A stretch of 64,000 bases of DNA from an uncultured Methanosarcinales archaeon (GTDB lineage: Archaea; Nanobdellota; Nanobdellia; Woesearchaeales; UBA583). Both the position numbers and the translations under genes were made by a program. Location: NCBI GenBank assembly GCA_964621065.1, contig CAZULG010000002.1, forward strand, positions 61,878 to 125,877, read 5' to 3'. Every line of letters begins with the position of its first letter. Within the stretch, counting starts at the first letter, position 1. The notes under the pieces were generated by a model. It made no database searches. It saw only the letters and a program-made list of their open reading frames with translations, and had not been told where the DNA came from. Shown here one piece after another: positions 9,764 to 19,917 of this stretch.

Positions 9764-9849
9764 ATTATATGTGTTATGTTGTAATTTATAAAAGTTGATT
9801 ATTTAGTATTTCCATAAACTTTTAAAAACAATATTACATTTTATATAAT

Positions 9850-10641
9850 ATGATTAAGTCCATTCTTAAACAAATTCTACCCGTATCTTGGATATTTCAT
9901 TCAAATCATTGTTATGGAAGAATTAGATATTTTTTGAGAAAAGATAAAAAGTCTCAAGATATTTTAGTTCTCTCCTTTCCTAAATGTGGTAGAACTTGGA
10001 TTAGAGTATTACTTGCTAAATATTTTAGTGAAAAAAATAATGTTTCATTTGAATTAAATATTACTAAAATGGGAGGACCAAGTATTTTATTTTCTCACGA
10101 TCAAAAAGTTATTAATCGATTTAAAAATAAAAAAATAATTTTTTTGTTTAGAGATCCAAGAGATACTATTGTTTCTTTTTATCATCATTGTTTTCATAGA
10201 GAGGAAACATTTTCAGGTTCAATAGATGATTTTGTTTTATCTCCTTTATCTGGGACAGATTTTATACTTCATTATTATAATTCTTTATGGAGCAAATATA
10301 AAAATTATCCTAAACATTTGAAATTGGGTTTTTTTTATGAAAATCTTAGAAAAAATACATTTAATGAAATGAAACAATTTTTAGAATTTATAGGAGAGGA
10401 AATTGATGAAAAAGCTCTTTTAAAAGCAATTGAGTATAGTTCTTTTGATAAGCTAAAAAAATCTGAAAGAGATGGAAGTATTAAAGCAAAAACTATACTT
10501 GGTTCTAAAAAAAAAGAAGAAAATGCTTATAAGGTAAGAAAGGGAAAAGTAGGGGGGTATAGAGAAGAGTTATCTGCCAAAAGTATTGCTCATGTTGAGA
10601 AGAAGATAAAAAAAATTCTTAGAATTAAATACTATAAATGA
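9850..10641 (+). CDS. Sulfotransferase
   Basis: PAPS 5'-phosphosulfate loop SFPKCGRTWIRVLL and 3'-phosphate motif FRDPRDTIVSFYHH. Confidence 0.75.
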   Translation: MIKSILKQILPVSWIFHSNHCYGRIRYFLRKDKKSQDILVLSFPKCGRTWIRVLLAKYFSEKNNVSFELNITKMGGPSILFSHDQKVINRFKNKKIIFLFRDPRDTIVSFYHHCFHREETFSGSIDDFVLSPLSGTDFILHYYNSLWSKYKNYPKHLKLGFFYENLRKNTFNEMKQFLEFIGEEIDEKALLKAIEYSSFDKLKKSERDGSIKAKTILGSKKKEENAYKVRKGKVGGYREELSAKSIAHVEKKIKKILRIKYYK

Positions 10642-11774
10642 TTTTTCTCTTTTACCAAATCTTCAAAGAGTCTTTTGAGTTCTTTTTCATTTTGTTTCAA
10701 CATATTTTGATATGATTCTCTTGTTTTTTTCTTTCTTTTTTCCCATTGCTTAGGATTGTTAAGTACATCTTCAATTGCATTTTTCAGAGTTTCAACAGAA
10801 TTTCCTTTGACTATCATACCAGTATCATCATCTTTAATAAAATCTTCTCCTGATCCTGTTGCAGTAGTCACTATGGCAGGTGTTCCAAAAGCCATCGTTT
10901 CATATAAAACATTTCCTGTCATCTCCACTGGCTCAAAGTTTTTTGGACAATATTTGTTAGGTAATACAAATACATCTGCATTTAAGTAGAAATATTTCAC
11001 ATCATCTTTCGGGATATGACCTAAAAAGAGTATATTAATGTTATATTTGTTTGCTATTTTTTTACAGTATTTACCGTAATTTGTTTCATCATTACCAATT
11101 GCAATAATATTTATTTGATCTTTAAATTGTTTTGCAGCTTTTAGAAAAATATCAACACCTTTAAATGGTATAAACCTTCCTACAAATAGAAAATTTACTT
11201 TTTTTTTAGAAAAATAGTTGTCTTTAATTTCTTTTTGTTTATGTTTATCTATTTTTATGTTTAAATGATTTTTTTTAGGGGAGTAGGCATTATAAATTTT
11301 TGAATTGGGCACATTTAAATCTTTTTCAAGGAAATTTTTAGCATTTTCGCTGTATGAAATAAAATAATCTCCTTGTTTTGCAACTATATATTTCACGGTT
11401 ATATTTGAAATTCTACTATATATTGAATCTTTTTTAAATACCCAGTCTTTCACACCTATAATTATTTTCTTTTTTTTAATCTTACCAATTAAACAAAATA
11501 ATAAAGTTTCAATAGAGTGTATATTAACTGTAAATATTGCGTCATTTTTTTTATTGTTTATTTCCTGAAATATTACTCTTATTCTTGGTGCTTTAGAAAT
11601 AACTTTCAATTGAGATAAATTTTTTTTCTCCAGTTTTGTTATGTATGGTATAAAACCAAATTTTAATACTATTAATTTATAGGGTTTATTAAGTTTAGTG
11701 AAGTTAATATTATTATTAATTTCTTTTATAGAATCTTTAGTAGTCCTAAATTCTTGAAAGCCTACGATGTTCAT
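10632..11774 (-). CDS. Glycosyltransferase family 4 (GT-B)
   Basis: C-terminal GT4 signature region FEPVEMTGNVLYETMAFGTPAIVT..GSGEDFI. Confidence 0.75.
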   Translation of the reverse strand: MNIVGFQEFRTTKDSIKEINNNINFTKLNKPYKLIVLKFGFIPYITKLEKKNLSQLKVISKAPRIRVIFQEINNKKNDAIFTVNIHSIETLLFCLIGKIKKKKIIIGVKDWVFKKDSIYSRISNITVKYIVAKQGDYFISYSENAKNFLEKDLNVPNSKIYNAYSPKKNHLNIKIDKHKQKEIKDNYFSKKKVNFLFVGRFIPFKGVDIFLKAAKQFKDQINIIAIGNDETNYGKYCKKIANKYNINILFLGHIPKDDVKYFYLNADVFVLPNKYCPKNFEPVEMTGNVLYETMAFGTPAIVTTATGSGEDFIKDDDTGMIVKGNSVETLKNAIEDVLNNPKQWEKRKKKTRESYQNMLKQNEKELKRLFEDLVKEKNHL

Positions 11775-11813
11775 ACTAATTTATTACTATAAGTTTTCTT
11801 AAATCTTTCTGTT

Positions 11814-12653
11814 TTATTTTTTAATGAGTAAATAATTACTTCCTTTTTGTTCTTTAATTTTAAAGTTATTTTCTTCAAGGAGTTTTAATACTTCTTCTTT
11901 GTGTTTATTTCTTTGCCAAATTTCAATAAATATTTTAGTAGTTGGTTTTAATTGTTTAAGTGTATTCTTCATTCCTTTCAATACTTCATATTCAAATCCT
12001 TCTACATCAATTTTGATAAAATTAATATTTTCTACTTTTAATTTATTATTTTTACTATATTCATCAAATGTTATTTGTTTAACAGATATTAATTCTTCAT
12101 TTTCTTGTTTCTTGTAATGTTTTTTGTCTTGAATAACTCTACTCCCACCTGTGTGAGTTTTATTTTTTGCAAAAATTAATTCAGATGTTTTAGAACCTAG
12201 CGCAATATTGTTTGGAATTATTTTTTTCTTTAAATTATTTAAATTAATATTTTTGTTCAAAATTTTGAATGTATCAGGATTTGCTTCAAATGTGTGGATT
12301 TCTTTGAAATTATTTTCATTCGCTAAAAAAGAATAAAAACCAATGTTTCCTCCAATATCTATAAAGGTATTGTTATTTTTTGTATTTGGAATGTAGTGTT
12401 GCAAATAATATTCAAAATATGGAGAACTTTTACCAATTGTATCATTATTAGGATATACTGAAAATTTTCCTAATTTATTTTGAATTATCATTTCTTTCTT
12501 TTTGTTTTTAAGAAATCTTTGAGTGGGTTGTTTTAGAAATGGAATAAATGATGAGACTAATGTTAAATGTTTAATAATTAAGAAGTTGAGTTTTGATCCT
12601 TTGAGCACTTTTGTTTTAAAAGTTGTGTCTAAATACATTTTTATTTGTTTCAT
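11814..12653 (-). CDS. FkbM-family methyltransferase
   Basis: FIDIGGNIGFYS (SAM motif I) and FIKIDVEGFEYEVLKG. The true start may be an internal Met. Confidence 0.7.
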   Translation of the reverse strand: MKQIKMYLDTTFKTKVLKGSKLNFLIIKHLTLVSSFIPFLKQPTQRFLKNKKKEMIIQNKLGKFSVYPNNDTIGKSSPYFEYYLQHYIPNTKNNNTFIDIGGNIGFYSFLANENNFKEIHTFEANPDTFKILNKNINLNNLKKKIIPNNIALGSKTSELIFAKNKTHTGGSRVIQDKKHYKKQENEELISVKQITFDEYSKNNKLKVENINFIKIDVEGFEYEVLKGMKNTLKQLKPTTKIFIEIWQRNKHKEEVLKLLEENNFKIKEQKGSNYLLIKK

Positions 12654-12655
12654 AT

Positions 12656-13603
12656 TTATTTATACTTCCATTTCTTTAATAAATCTTCTCTAATTAAGCC
12701 TTTCTTATTTAGTAATTCATTTACTTTTTTAGCTTCAATTTGTGTTAAATTTCTTAAATATTTTTTATCTTTCTCACTGACTTCTATTTTTTCATCCTTA
12801 GAATTTAATTTCATAAAAAAAGAATATATCTTTTTCTTTTGATTCTGACTAATAATTTTACTTATAATTTTTTTAATTCTTAAATTGGGATTTCTAATGA
12901 ATTGTTGTAAAAACAAATTTCTAGGAGATTTACCAGGATTTTTATTTTCAAATTTATAATTTTTGAAAAAATCATCATCTACTTCTAGAAAGCTTAAAAT
13001 ATTTTGCACTTCTTTCTTGGTATTTTTTACAAAATCTTCAAATATAACAACTTTAATATTTTTTACAGGAAACAATTTTACATATCTTTTAATTTGTTCT
13101 TCAAATTTAATCATTTCACTATAATACAAAAAAGAAGGTTGTTTACATGCTTTGGGGATTTTTTTTAATTTTTTTCTCTTTTTTTCTAGTCTAATACTTT
13201 TTATTATATTTTTTTGATTTTCATGTCCCATTTTAATTGCATGATTATGCCATGAAGTAAGAAAATTTAAGGGATCTCTTATCATAATTATTATTTTAGC
13301 GTTAGGATTATGGTTATATATTTGTTCTGCTGCAACTCTTGAATATAAATAATTTGGAGATTTATCTCCTAGTAAAACATTAGAATCAATATCTTTGAAT
13401 AAATTGAAGTAATCTGTTTCATTTCTAATATTATAGAACTTATTATGTTTATGATATTTACTTGATTCTTTATGAAAATCTTTACAGAAATAGTTAGGTT
13501 CTTGTAAAACTTTAATTTTATCTGATTCATTCAAATAATTAGCTAATGAGGAAGTGCCTGTTTTTTGAAAACCTACTATAAAAAAGTCCACTTTTTTTTC
13601 CAT
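12656..13603 (-). CDS. Sulfotransferase (second copy, different subfamily)
   Basis: GFQKTGTSSLANYL (PSB loop) and MIRDPLNFLTSWHNH. Confidence 0.7.
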   Translation of the reverse strand: MEKKVDFFIVGFQKTGTSSLANYLNESDKIKVLQEPNYFCKDFHKESSKYHKHNKFYNIRNETDYFNLFKDIDSNVLLGDKSPNYLYSRVAAEQIYNHNPNAKIIIMIRDPLNFLTSWHNHAIKMGHENQKNIIKSIRLEKKRKKLKKIPKACKQPSFLYYSEMIKFEEQIKRYVKLFPVKNIKVVIFEDFVKNTKKEVQNILSFLEVDDDFFKNYKFENKNPGKSPRNLFLQQFIRNPNLRIKKIISKIISQNQKKKIYSFFMKLNSKDEKIEVSEKDKKYLRNLTQIEAKKVNELLNKKGLIREDLLKKWKYK

Positions 13604-13605
13604 TT

Positions 13606-14679
13606 TTATTTATAATAATTATTTATAATTTTAGCCATCTTCTCAACTTGTTTTTCAACTGAGAGAGTCTTAATATATTCAAGTCCATTTTCTTTTAAAT
13701 CTTTGTATAATTCTTTATCTTTATAGAGTAAATTTATTTGTTTTTGTAATTCTCTCCAATTACCTTCTTTAAATAATAATCCATTGTAGTAATTATCAAT
13801 TGTTCTATATGTCCCCCCTGAATCTGCACAAATAGGAACTGCTCCAACAGACATTGCTTCTAATTGAACTTTTCCTTGTTTTTCTCCAAAAGATGGCATC
13901 ACTACAATATCTGCTCGAGAGAGTTTTTCAAAAAATAATTTTCTATTGTATATTTTACCATGAAATTTAATAGTAACATGTTTTGCTAATTTTTGATGTT
14001 GTTTTCTTTGTAATTTATCAAGCCCTATAATGTTTAATTCTTTATTTGAATGCTGAAGTGCTTTTAGTAATAATAATAATCCTTTTCTATTTTCTTCTCC
14101 TCCAACGAAGAATATTTTATTTGTTAATGTATTTTTAATTAATTTTTTGTCTCTATTAAATTCTGAGCAAGAAATAATTTCATATTGATTCAAATGATTT
14201 TTTTGATTTGTGGTTATATTTGAAGTGTAGAATATTAAATTATTCTTGAAAATAAATTTTGAAATTGAATCATAAAATAATTTAAATATTGGATACGTTA
14301 AAAATCTAATTGGTTTTGTGAAGAAGTTTCCATTATGAATATATTGTCCTAAAACATCTCCCTTTACCCAAAAAATACATTTATTATTTCGCAATTTTAA
14401 TCCCCAATAAAGTGCTTTAAAACCCATAGGATAATGCATAAAATATAATGAATTATTTTTGTCTCTAGAAGTATTAAATTCAGAAATTTGTTTTAAATAA
14501 ATGCTACTTTCAATAATTTGAAATTTATTTAAATCCAGTTTATTTTTTTTAAATAAATATCCATAATAATTAATATTAAAATGTTTTGATAATTCATTTA
14601 CAAAATGAGCTCTTTGAATATAATGTTTATTATCATACTTGTAGATTTTATCATTAGTTATATATTTCAACTCTTTCAT
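13606..14679 (-). CDS. Glycosyltransferase family 4
   Basis: VVMPSFGEKQGKVQLEAMSVGAVPICADSGG. Confidence 0.7.
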   Translation of the reverse strand: MKELKYITNDKIYKYDNKHYIQRAHFVNELSKHFNINYYGYLFKKNKLDLNKFQIIESSIYLKQISEFNTSRDKNNSLYFMHYPMGFKALYWGLKLRNNKCIFWVKGDVLGQYIHNGNFFTKPIRFLTYPIFKLFYDSISKFIFKNNLIFYTSNITTNQKNHLNQYEIISCSEFNRDKKLIKNTLTNKIFFVGGEENRKGLLLLLKALQHSNKELNIIGLDKLQRKQHQKLAKHVTIKFHGKIYNRKLFFEKLSRADIVVMPSFGEKQGKVQLEAMSVGAVPICADSGGTYRTIDNYYNGLLFKEGNWRELQKQINLLYKDKELYKDLKENGLEYIKTLSVEKQVEKMAKIINNYYK

Positions 14680-15344
14680 TTTTTTCTACATATATAAAAA
14701 ATATGACTTCCTTGATATTTATTTATGAATCTATCTTTTATTAAAAAATGCTTTTCAAGTAATTTTTCAAATTCTCTTTTTTTCATATTCTTTCTTCCGA
14801 TTTCCCAAAAGTGTTCTTCATGATTAATCTTATTATAAATTGGAATCTTGAATAAAAAATTAAATTTATTCAAGTAAGGAAATTTAATAAAACCATTGAA
14901 AGTTATACCAACATAAGGTATACTTATAATAATATCTTTTTTTGTTACCTTTGATAATTTTTGTAATAATTTATTTAAATCTTTTTTAGGAAAGTGTTCA
15001 AGAACCTCAAATAAACATAAACAATCAAAATCATTACTATCTATTATTTTATCAATTTCATATATATCTCCAACAATATCTGGATTTAATTCTGAATCAA
15101 CATCAAAAGAACTAATATTTACTTTTTTTTTATCAGGAAGCATATTATTATATTTTTTTACCATACTTGGAACAATATCATCTCCAACACCAATATACAA
15201 TACTTTTTTTCCTTCATATTTCATCATTAATTTTACTTGATAAAAATAATCTGTAAACCTTTCAATACTTGAATATTTCTCAAATCTATAATGCTCTTTT
15301 TCAACTTGTTTCTCATTAACAATTCTCATATCACTCTTTCCCAT
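14676..15344 (-). CDS. Class I SAM-dependent methyltransferase
   Basis: VLYIGVGDD (motif I) and CLFEVLEHFP (post-II/III). The likely start is MRIVNEK, a few codons in. Confidence 0.6.
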   Translation of the reverse strand: MGKSDMRIVNEKQVEKEHYRFEKYSSIERFTDYFYQVKLMMKYEGKKVLYIGVGDDIVPSMVKKYNNMLPDKKKVNISSFDVDSELNPDIVGDIYEIDKIIDSNDFDCLCLFEVLEHFPKKDLNKLLQKLSKVTKKDIIISIPYVGITFNGFIKFPYLNKFNFLFKIPIYNKINHEEHFWEIGRKNMKKREFEKLLEKHFLIKDRFINKYQGSHIFYICRKK

Positions 15345-16507
15345 TCTTTAATTATATTTTGTGTTGAAAAGTTTTTAACTCTTTCTAATCCTTTTAGAGA
15401 GTATTGTTCTTTTAAAGTTTTGTTTTCTACTATTTCTTTCATCAATTCAAATAATTGCTTTTCTTCAACATGAGATTTATCTGAAAAAGGCTTAAACAAA
15501 ATACCATACTCTCCATAGTAAGGATATTTAATCTTCTCATCAATTTTTAATTGAGGAGCAAGAATTTCTCGAGGACCATAATTACAATCAGCACTTATAA
15601 CCGGTTTATTTAAATATAATGCTTCAAGCAACACATTTCCAAATCCTTCATATATAGATGAAAATACAAAACAATCGCTTTTTTGAATAAATGAAAAAAC
15701 ATTGTTTTGATTCCCAAGCAAATAAATATTATCTTGTAAATTTAAAGAATTAATTAAATGTTGGAGTTCTTTTCTTAATTTTCCCTCGCCTAAAATAATA
15801 AGCTTACAGTTTTTATTGTAATTTACTAATTTTTTAAAAGCTCTTATTAAATATTTATGAGCTTTTTGTTGTTCTAATCTACCAATTGTAATAAATATTT
15901 TATCATTTTTAGCAAAAAAATTTTTATATTTTGAAGGCAACTTTTCTTTTTTTAAAGAATTTATTTTTTCTAAGTTAACAGTATTATAAATAGTAGTAGT
16001 TTTCTTTGAATTTACACCAACAAATTTTTGTAAGTAATTCTCAACTCCTCTTGATAAAGAAACAACTTTATCAGCTCTATTATATAAAAATTGAGTTAAT
16101 TTTTTGTAAATAATTCTCTGTCTTGAAGGATCATTTCTTTGAGAAACAACAATCCTACTCCTATTTCTAAATAAAATTCTACTCAAAACGAGTGGAAAAT
16201 TTGCTTCTTCCATAAATCCAATAGAAGTATCAATGTTGTGTTTTTTGCAATATTTAGCAATCGCTCTTGCTCTTGTAAACAACTTAGAAGATTGAATCAA
16301 CATATTAGAAGAATCCTTCTCTTTTAACGAAGTATATTTTCCACTAAATTCATATTTTTGTTTCCTATCAAAAAATGTCAAAAAATGAACTTCATACTCT
16401 CTATTATTCAGCTCAGTTCCAATAATTGAAGCAACCCTCTCAGCTCCTCCTCCAAGTTTTAAAGATGAAATAACAATTAAAACTCTCTTCTTCATACTCC
16501 TACACAA
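15326..16507 (-). CDS. Glycosyltransferase family 4
   Basis: GGAERV N-terminal motif and FVFSSIYEGFGNVLLEALYLNKPVISAD. The probable start is MKKRVLIV. Confidence 0.75.
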   Translation of the reverse strand: MCRSMKKRVLIVISSLKLGGGAERVASIIGTELNNREYEVHFLTFFDRKQKYEFSGKYTSLKEKDSSNMLIQSSKLFTRARAIAKYCKKHNIDTSIGFMEEANFPLVLSRILFRNRSRIVVSQRNDPSRQRIIYKKLTQFLYNRADKVVSLSRGVENYLQKFVGVNSKKTTTIYNTVNLEKINSLKKEKLPSKYKNFFAKNDKIFITIGRLEQQKAHKYLIRAFKKLVNYNKNCKLIILGEGKLRKELQHLINSLNLQDNIYLLGNQNNVFSFIQKSDCFVFSSIYEGFGNVLLEALYLNKPVISADCNYGPREILAPQLKIDEKIKYPYYGEYGILFKPFSDKSHVEEKQLFELMKEIVENKTLKEQYSLKGLERVKNFSTQNIIKEWERVI

Positions 16508-16620
16508 ACAACTTTATTTAATAAATCTATGGTGTTATAGCAAAAGAGAACAAAACAATCACAAAATTGTAAGAACACATTTGAAATTAAAATAACAAGT
16601 TAAGTTTATGAATTAACATT

Positions 16621-16800
16621 ATGACACAGACTATTACAATTAATAAAGATGATTTGTATAATTTAATTAGAAAAGCTCTAAGAGCAGAATTAGATGATAT
16701 TCAATATGTATCAAATAAAGAACAAGAAGAAATAGATGCATTATACAAAGATTCTCTACAAGATGAGAAGTATGATTCAAAACATTGTGTTAGACTATAA
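16621..16800 (+). CDS. Small ORF (59 aa), putative antitoxin of a decayed module
   Basis: MTQTITINKDDLYNLIRKALRAELDDIQYVSNKEQEEIDALYKDSLQDEKYDSKHCVRL*. It falls below the ORF-track size cut-off and is followed at once by a toxin-like remnant. Confidence 0.35.
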   Translation: MTQTITINKDDLYNLIRKALRAELDDIQYVSNKEQEEIDALYKDSLQDEKYDSKHCVRL

Positions 16801-16916
16801 AATCGTATGATGTTGATATTCACAATAAAGCGTATACATTCATCACCTCTTTAAATAATTTTGAGAATATTCTATATAAAATGAAAATTTTAAATCTGGA
16901 GAAAAATTGGACTTAG
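16794..16916 (+). pseudogene. Truncated RelE/ParE-like toxin remnant (N-terminal ~40 codons, no ATG)
   Basis: The frame overlapping the stop of the 59-aa ORF reads TIKSYDVDIHNKAYTFITSLNNFENILYKMKILNLEKNWT*. This has the layout of a toxin N-terminus and then is cut off. Confidence 0.3.
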
Positions 16917-16945
16917 ACATAAGAAAATACAAATCCCTAAAAATA

Positions 16946-17262
16946 TTATTTTAAATCATAAGCATAGTAATGATGTTTGTAGTCTTCAAAAAAAATAACT
17001 TCACCTTCAATTCGAAATAATAATACAAAGTGAGAATTAACATGAACTCGTTTAAATTTTTGATGTGGTTTTTTGAGATTTTGCTTTAGCAAAATACAAG
17101 AACGAGTATAATGAGTGTCTCGTATTTTTATAATGTTCAAGATCTTGAGAAGTACAAATCTCTTAAATTTTTCTATCTACATTTTCAAAACTTGATTTAT
17201 CTTTTTTAGACAATTTTCGAAGAGTTTTTAATAATGTTTCACTTAAATAATATTTATGCATT
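16946..17262 (-). pseudogene. RelE/ParE-like toxin pseudogene (in-frame TAA plus frameshift)
   Basis: MHKYYLSETLLKTLRKLSKKDKSSFENVDRKI*EICTSQDLEHYKN in one frame. After a frameshift, the ORF-track frame reads ..KFKRVHVNSHFVLLFRIEGEVIFFEDYKHHYYAYDLK, a typical toxin C-terminal beta-strand region. Confidence 0.45.
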
Positions 17263-17344
17263 TTTAATTAGCAAATCTAACTCTTCTATTGAATTAAACC
17301 CAACATGCTCTTCATTTTCAATTCTTATCAATTCATCTCAATAA

Positions 17345-18397
17345 TTATTTCAATATTTTTCTCAACTGCTTCGCTATAACTTGAATATCAAACTCATTTT
17401 CTATAATTTTACGATTTTCACGACCTACTTTTTCACGAAGAGAAGGATGTTCATATAATTTCAATAATTTTTCTCTAAGCTCATGAGAAGTTTTAAAGCG
17501 CATATTCTCATCTTTAATGAGTACATTATTTTGTTCAATATCACTTACAACACAAGGTAAACTCATAGCCATTGCCTCAAGTAGTGCATTACTCATCCCT
17601 TCAGTAAATGAAGCCAATACAAACACATCACTCTCTTGTAATATTGAAATAACATCATCTCTTTTCCCGAGCACATGAACTCTCTTACTCAAGTTCAATT
17701 CATCAATTTTCATCTCAATTTCTCTACGATACGCACCATCATTGAGCAGAATCAAATGACCCTCAACATTACAAAATGCTTCAAGTAAAGCAAAATGATT
17801 TTTTTGTTTCTCAAGACGCGCATTACAACACACAACAAACTCTTGAGAAGAAATATTCAACTCCTCTCGAATAGAGTAGTGAGTAGCTGATTTTTTATCA
17901 ATTTCTTTTAAATTTACTCCATTTGGAAGAATTAAATACTCAAAAACTCTAATTTTCTCCATATACTCTCTTAGACCTTTTGAGTTAGGAATATAGCGAG
18001 TCACTAGCCATCGTGAGTACTTATCAATTAGCCAGAGCTTTGAAATTTTTGAATAATCATTGCGAATTGAACAATAAATAGTATGCACTCCAAATAATCG
18101 ACCCACAATTCGTCCAAAAATATCAGCGTGAATGAGAAGTGTAAATAATACATCGGGTTTAAATTTCTTTACAATTTTATAAAATCTATATATAGAACGA
18201 AGAGGATTAAACTTCTTACCAGTATTTAAATATTTAACACGAATTCCATGACTCTCCAACTCAGGACCTCTATCATCAACTCCAGTAATACTCACAACAA
18301 GTATTTTATTTGTATCTAAATGAGGTAACACATTGGTTAAAAATTTCTCAGCTCCTCCCTGCCCAAGACCTGTAATTAAAAACAGAGTTTTTCTCAT
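17345..18397 (-). CDS. Glycosyltransferase family 4
   Basis: GGAEKF N-terminal motif and FVLASFTEGMSNALLEAMAMSLPCVVSD. Confidence 0.75.
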   Translation of the reverse strand: MRKTLFLITGLGQGGAEKFLTNVLPHLDTNKILVVSITGVDDRGPELESHGIRVKYLNTGKKFNPLRSIYRFYKIVKKFKPDVLFTLLIHADIFGRIVGRLFGVHTIYCSIRNDYSKISKLWLIDKYSRWLVTRYIPNSKGLREYMEKIRVFEYLILPNGVNLKEIDKKSATHYSIREELNISSQEFVVCCNARLEKQKNHFALLEAFCNVEGHLILLNDGAYRREIEMKIDELNLSKRVHVLGKRDDVISILQESDVFVLASFTEGMSNALLEAMAMSLPCVVSDIEQNNVLIKDENMRFKTSHELREKLLKLYEHPSLREKVGRENRKIIENEFDIQVIAKQLRKILK

Positions 18398-19560
18398 TTA
18401 AACACCTCTTTTTCGTATTTATCAATTACTCTCTTCCATGAAAAATTATCGCGAATATATTCATGAGCATTTTTGGTAAGTTTTTTACGCAATGAAGAAT
18501 CTTGTATCATTTTCTCAATACCTCGCTTAATATTATATACAGAATTATCTTTAAGAAGTAAGCCTGTTTTGTTATTAAATACAACATCTCTAGCACCCTC
18601 ATTTGGAGAGGCAATTACACTACACTCACAATACATCGCTTGAAGTAGAGAATTAGAAAGTGCTCCCCCTGGACTTGCACTATGTACATATACATCAGCT
18701 GATTTGAGCATTGAAATAGCAACAGAAAAATCTTGTTTACCCATAAATACAATATGCTTTTCATCTTTAGCAAGTTGTTTTAAACGCACTTCATCTTCAC
18801 CATATCCAATAATTATGAACACACACTTTTCTCTCATCTCGTATGGTAACTCTTTAAATGCTTGAATTGAGTGTTCTACTCCCTTCCACTTTACTAAACG
18901 ACCTAGCCACGCAAATATGATTTTATCACTAAACTCAGAAAACTTATACTCATCAATTTCTTCATACGCTTCAAAATCAACTCCTCTTCTAATTAACTTC
19001 ACATCTTTGTAAGGTACAAATTCTCGCTTTACGAAATCGTAACTTACTTGAGAAATTGCCACAATTGAATTACTCATCACAAACACTAATTTTCCAAATG
19101 TTTTATCATATAATTTAGAACAAACTGTGACCAATTTACTCTCTACTTCAACAAATTCGCTCCCATGTTCCACATGAATCAAAACTCTAGAAGAAAAGCG
19201 AAATTTAGAAAATATAACTCCCAAAAATGAATTAAAGAAAAATCGAGTCCGTGTCATCACAAAATCAATATCTAAATAATACAGTGATTTCCACATCTTC
19301 CAAAATGTGAGTGTCCAAAATTTAGGAATAGGAAATCCATCAACGATTTCAATAGCAGGATAGCGAATAACTCTAACATTTTTATGGATAATTTCATATT
19401 GAGAGGTTTTTGGAATATTGGGAGCAAAAATAGTAACTGAATAATCTCTCAAAGATAAGTATTTTGCAAATTCATCAACATGAGTCTCAAGCCCTCCAAT
19501 GTGTGGAAGAAAATATCCTGGAAATATGATGATATTTATTTTATTTCTTTCTCTTCTCAT
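18394..19560 (-). CDS. Glycosyltransferase family 4
   Basis: GGLETHV N-terminal motif and YVHSASPGGALSNSLLQAMYCECSVIASPNEG. Confidence 0.75.
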   Translation of the reverse strand: MRRERNKINIIIFPGYFLPHIGGLETHVDEFAKYLSLRDYSVTIFAPNIPKTSQYEIIHKNVRVIRYPAIEIVDGFPIPKFWTLTFWKMWKSLYYLDIDFVMTRTRFFFNSFLGVIFSKFRFSSRVLIHVEHGSEFVEVESKLVTVCSKLYDKTFGKLVFVMSNSIVAISQVSYDFVKREFVPYKDVKLIRRGVDFEAYEEIDEYKFSEFSDKIIFAWLGRLVKWKGVEHSIQAFKELPYEMREKCVFIIIGYGEDEVRLKQLAKDEKHIVFMGKQDFSVAISMLKSADVYVHSASPGGALSNSLLQAMYCECSVIASPNEGARDVVFNNKTGLLLKDNSVYNIKRGIEKMIQDSSLRKKLTKNAHEYIRDNFSWKRVIDKYEKEVFK

Positions 19561-19885
19561 TCTCCAATTTCATAAACGCAATTTCTTGCGAGAGCTTTGT
19601 AATCTCTCTTCGCTGCTGCTCACCTATATGATATAATTCAAAGACAATCACAAATAAGACAATAAATAAAAGAGCAAAGAATATTACGACAATTTCTACA
19701 ATTCCAATAGTTGATTCAACAAACGATAAAATTTGAGGGAATGCACTCAAAATTACAATTAAAAAACCAATTTTGAAAAACGCAATTTCATAGACTAAAT
19801 GAATTCGCTTAAAGAGTGTAGCATAGACAATATAGAGTAGTGAGAATAAACAGGCAATAATAATGAGCAGTGTTGAAATCTCCAT
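19541..19885 (-). CDS. Small 3-4 TM membrane protein with coiled C-terminus (DUF2304-like GT2 companion)
   Basis: 114 aa, hydrophobic, directly downstream of a GT2 gene. The family assignment is from memory of the GT2+DUF2304 pairing and is unverified. Confidence 0.45.
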   Translation of the reverse strand: MEISTLLIIIACLFSLLYIVYATLFKRIHLVYEIAFFKIGFLIVILSAFPQILSFVESTIGIVEIVVIFFALLFIVLFVIVFELYHIGEQQRREITKLSQEIAFMKLENEKRKK

Positions 19886-19917
19886 ACTACAAAATAAAAA
19901 TAGTAACTTTATAAATA

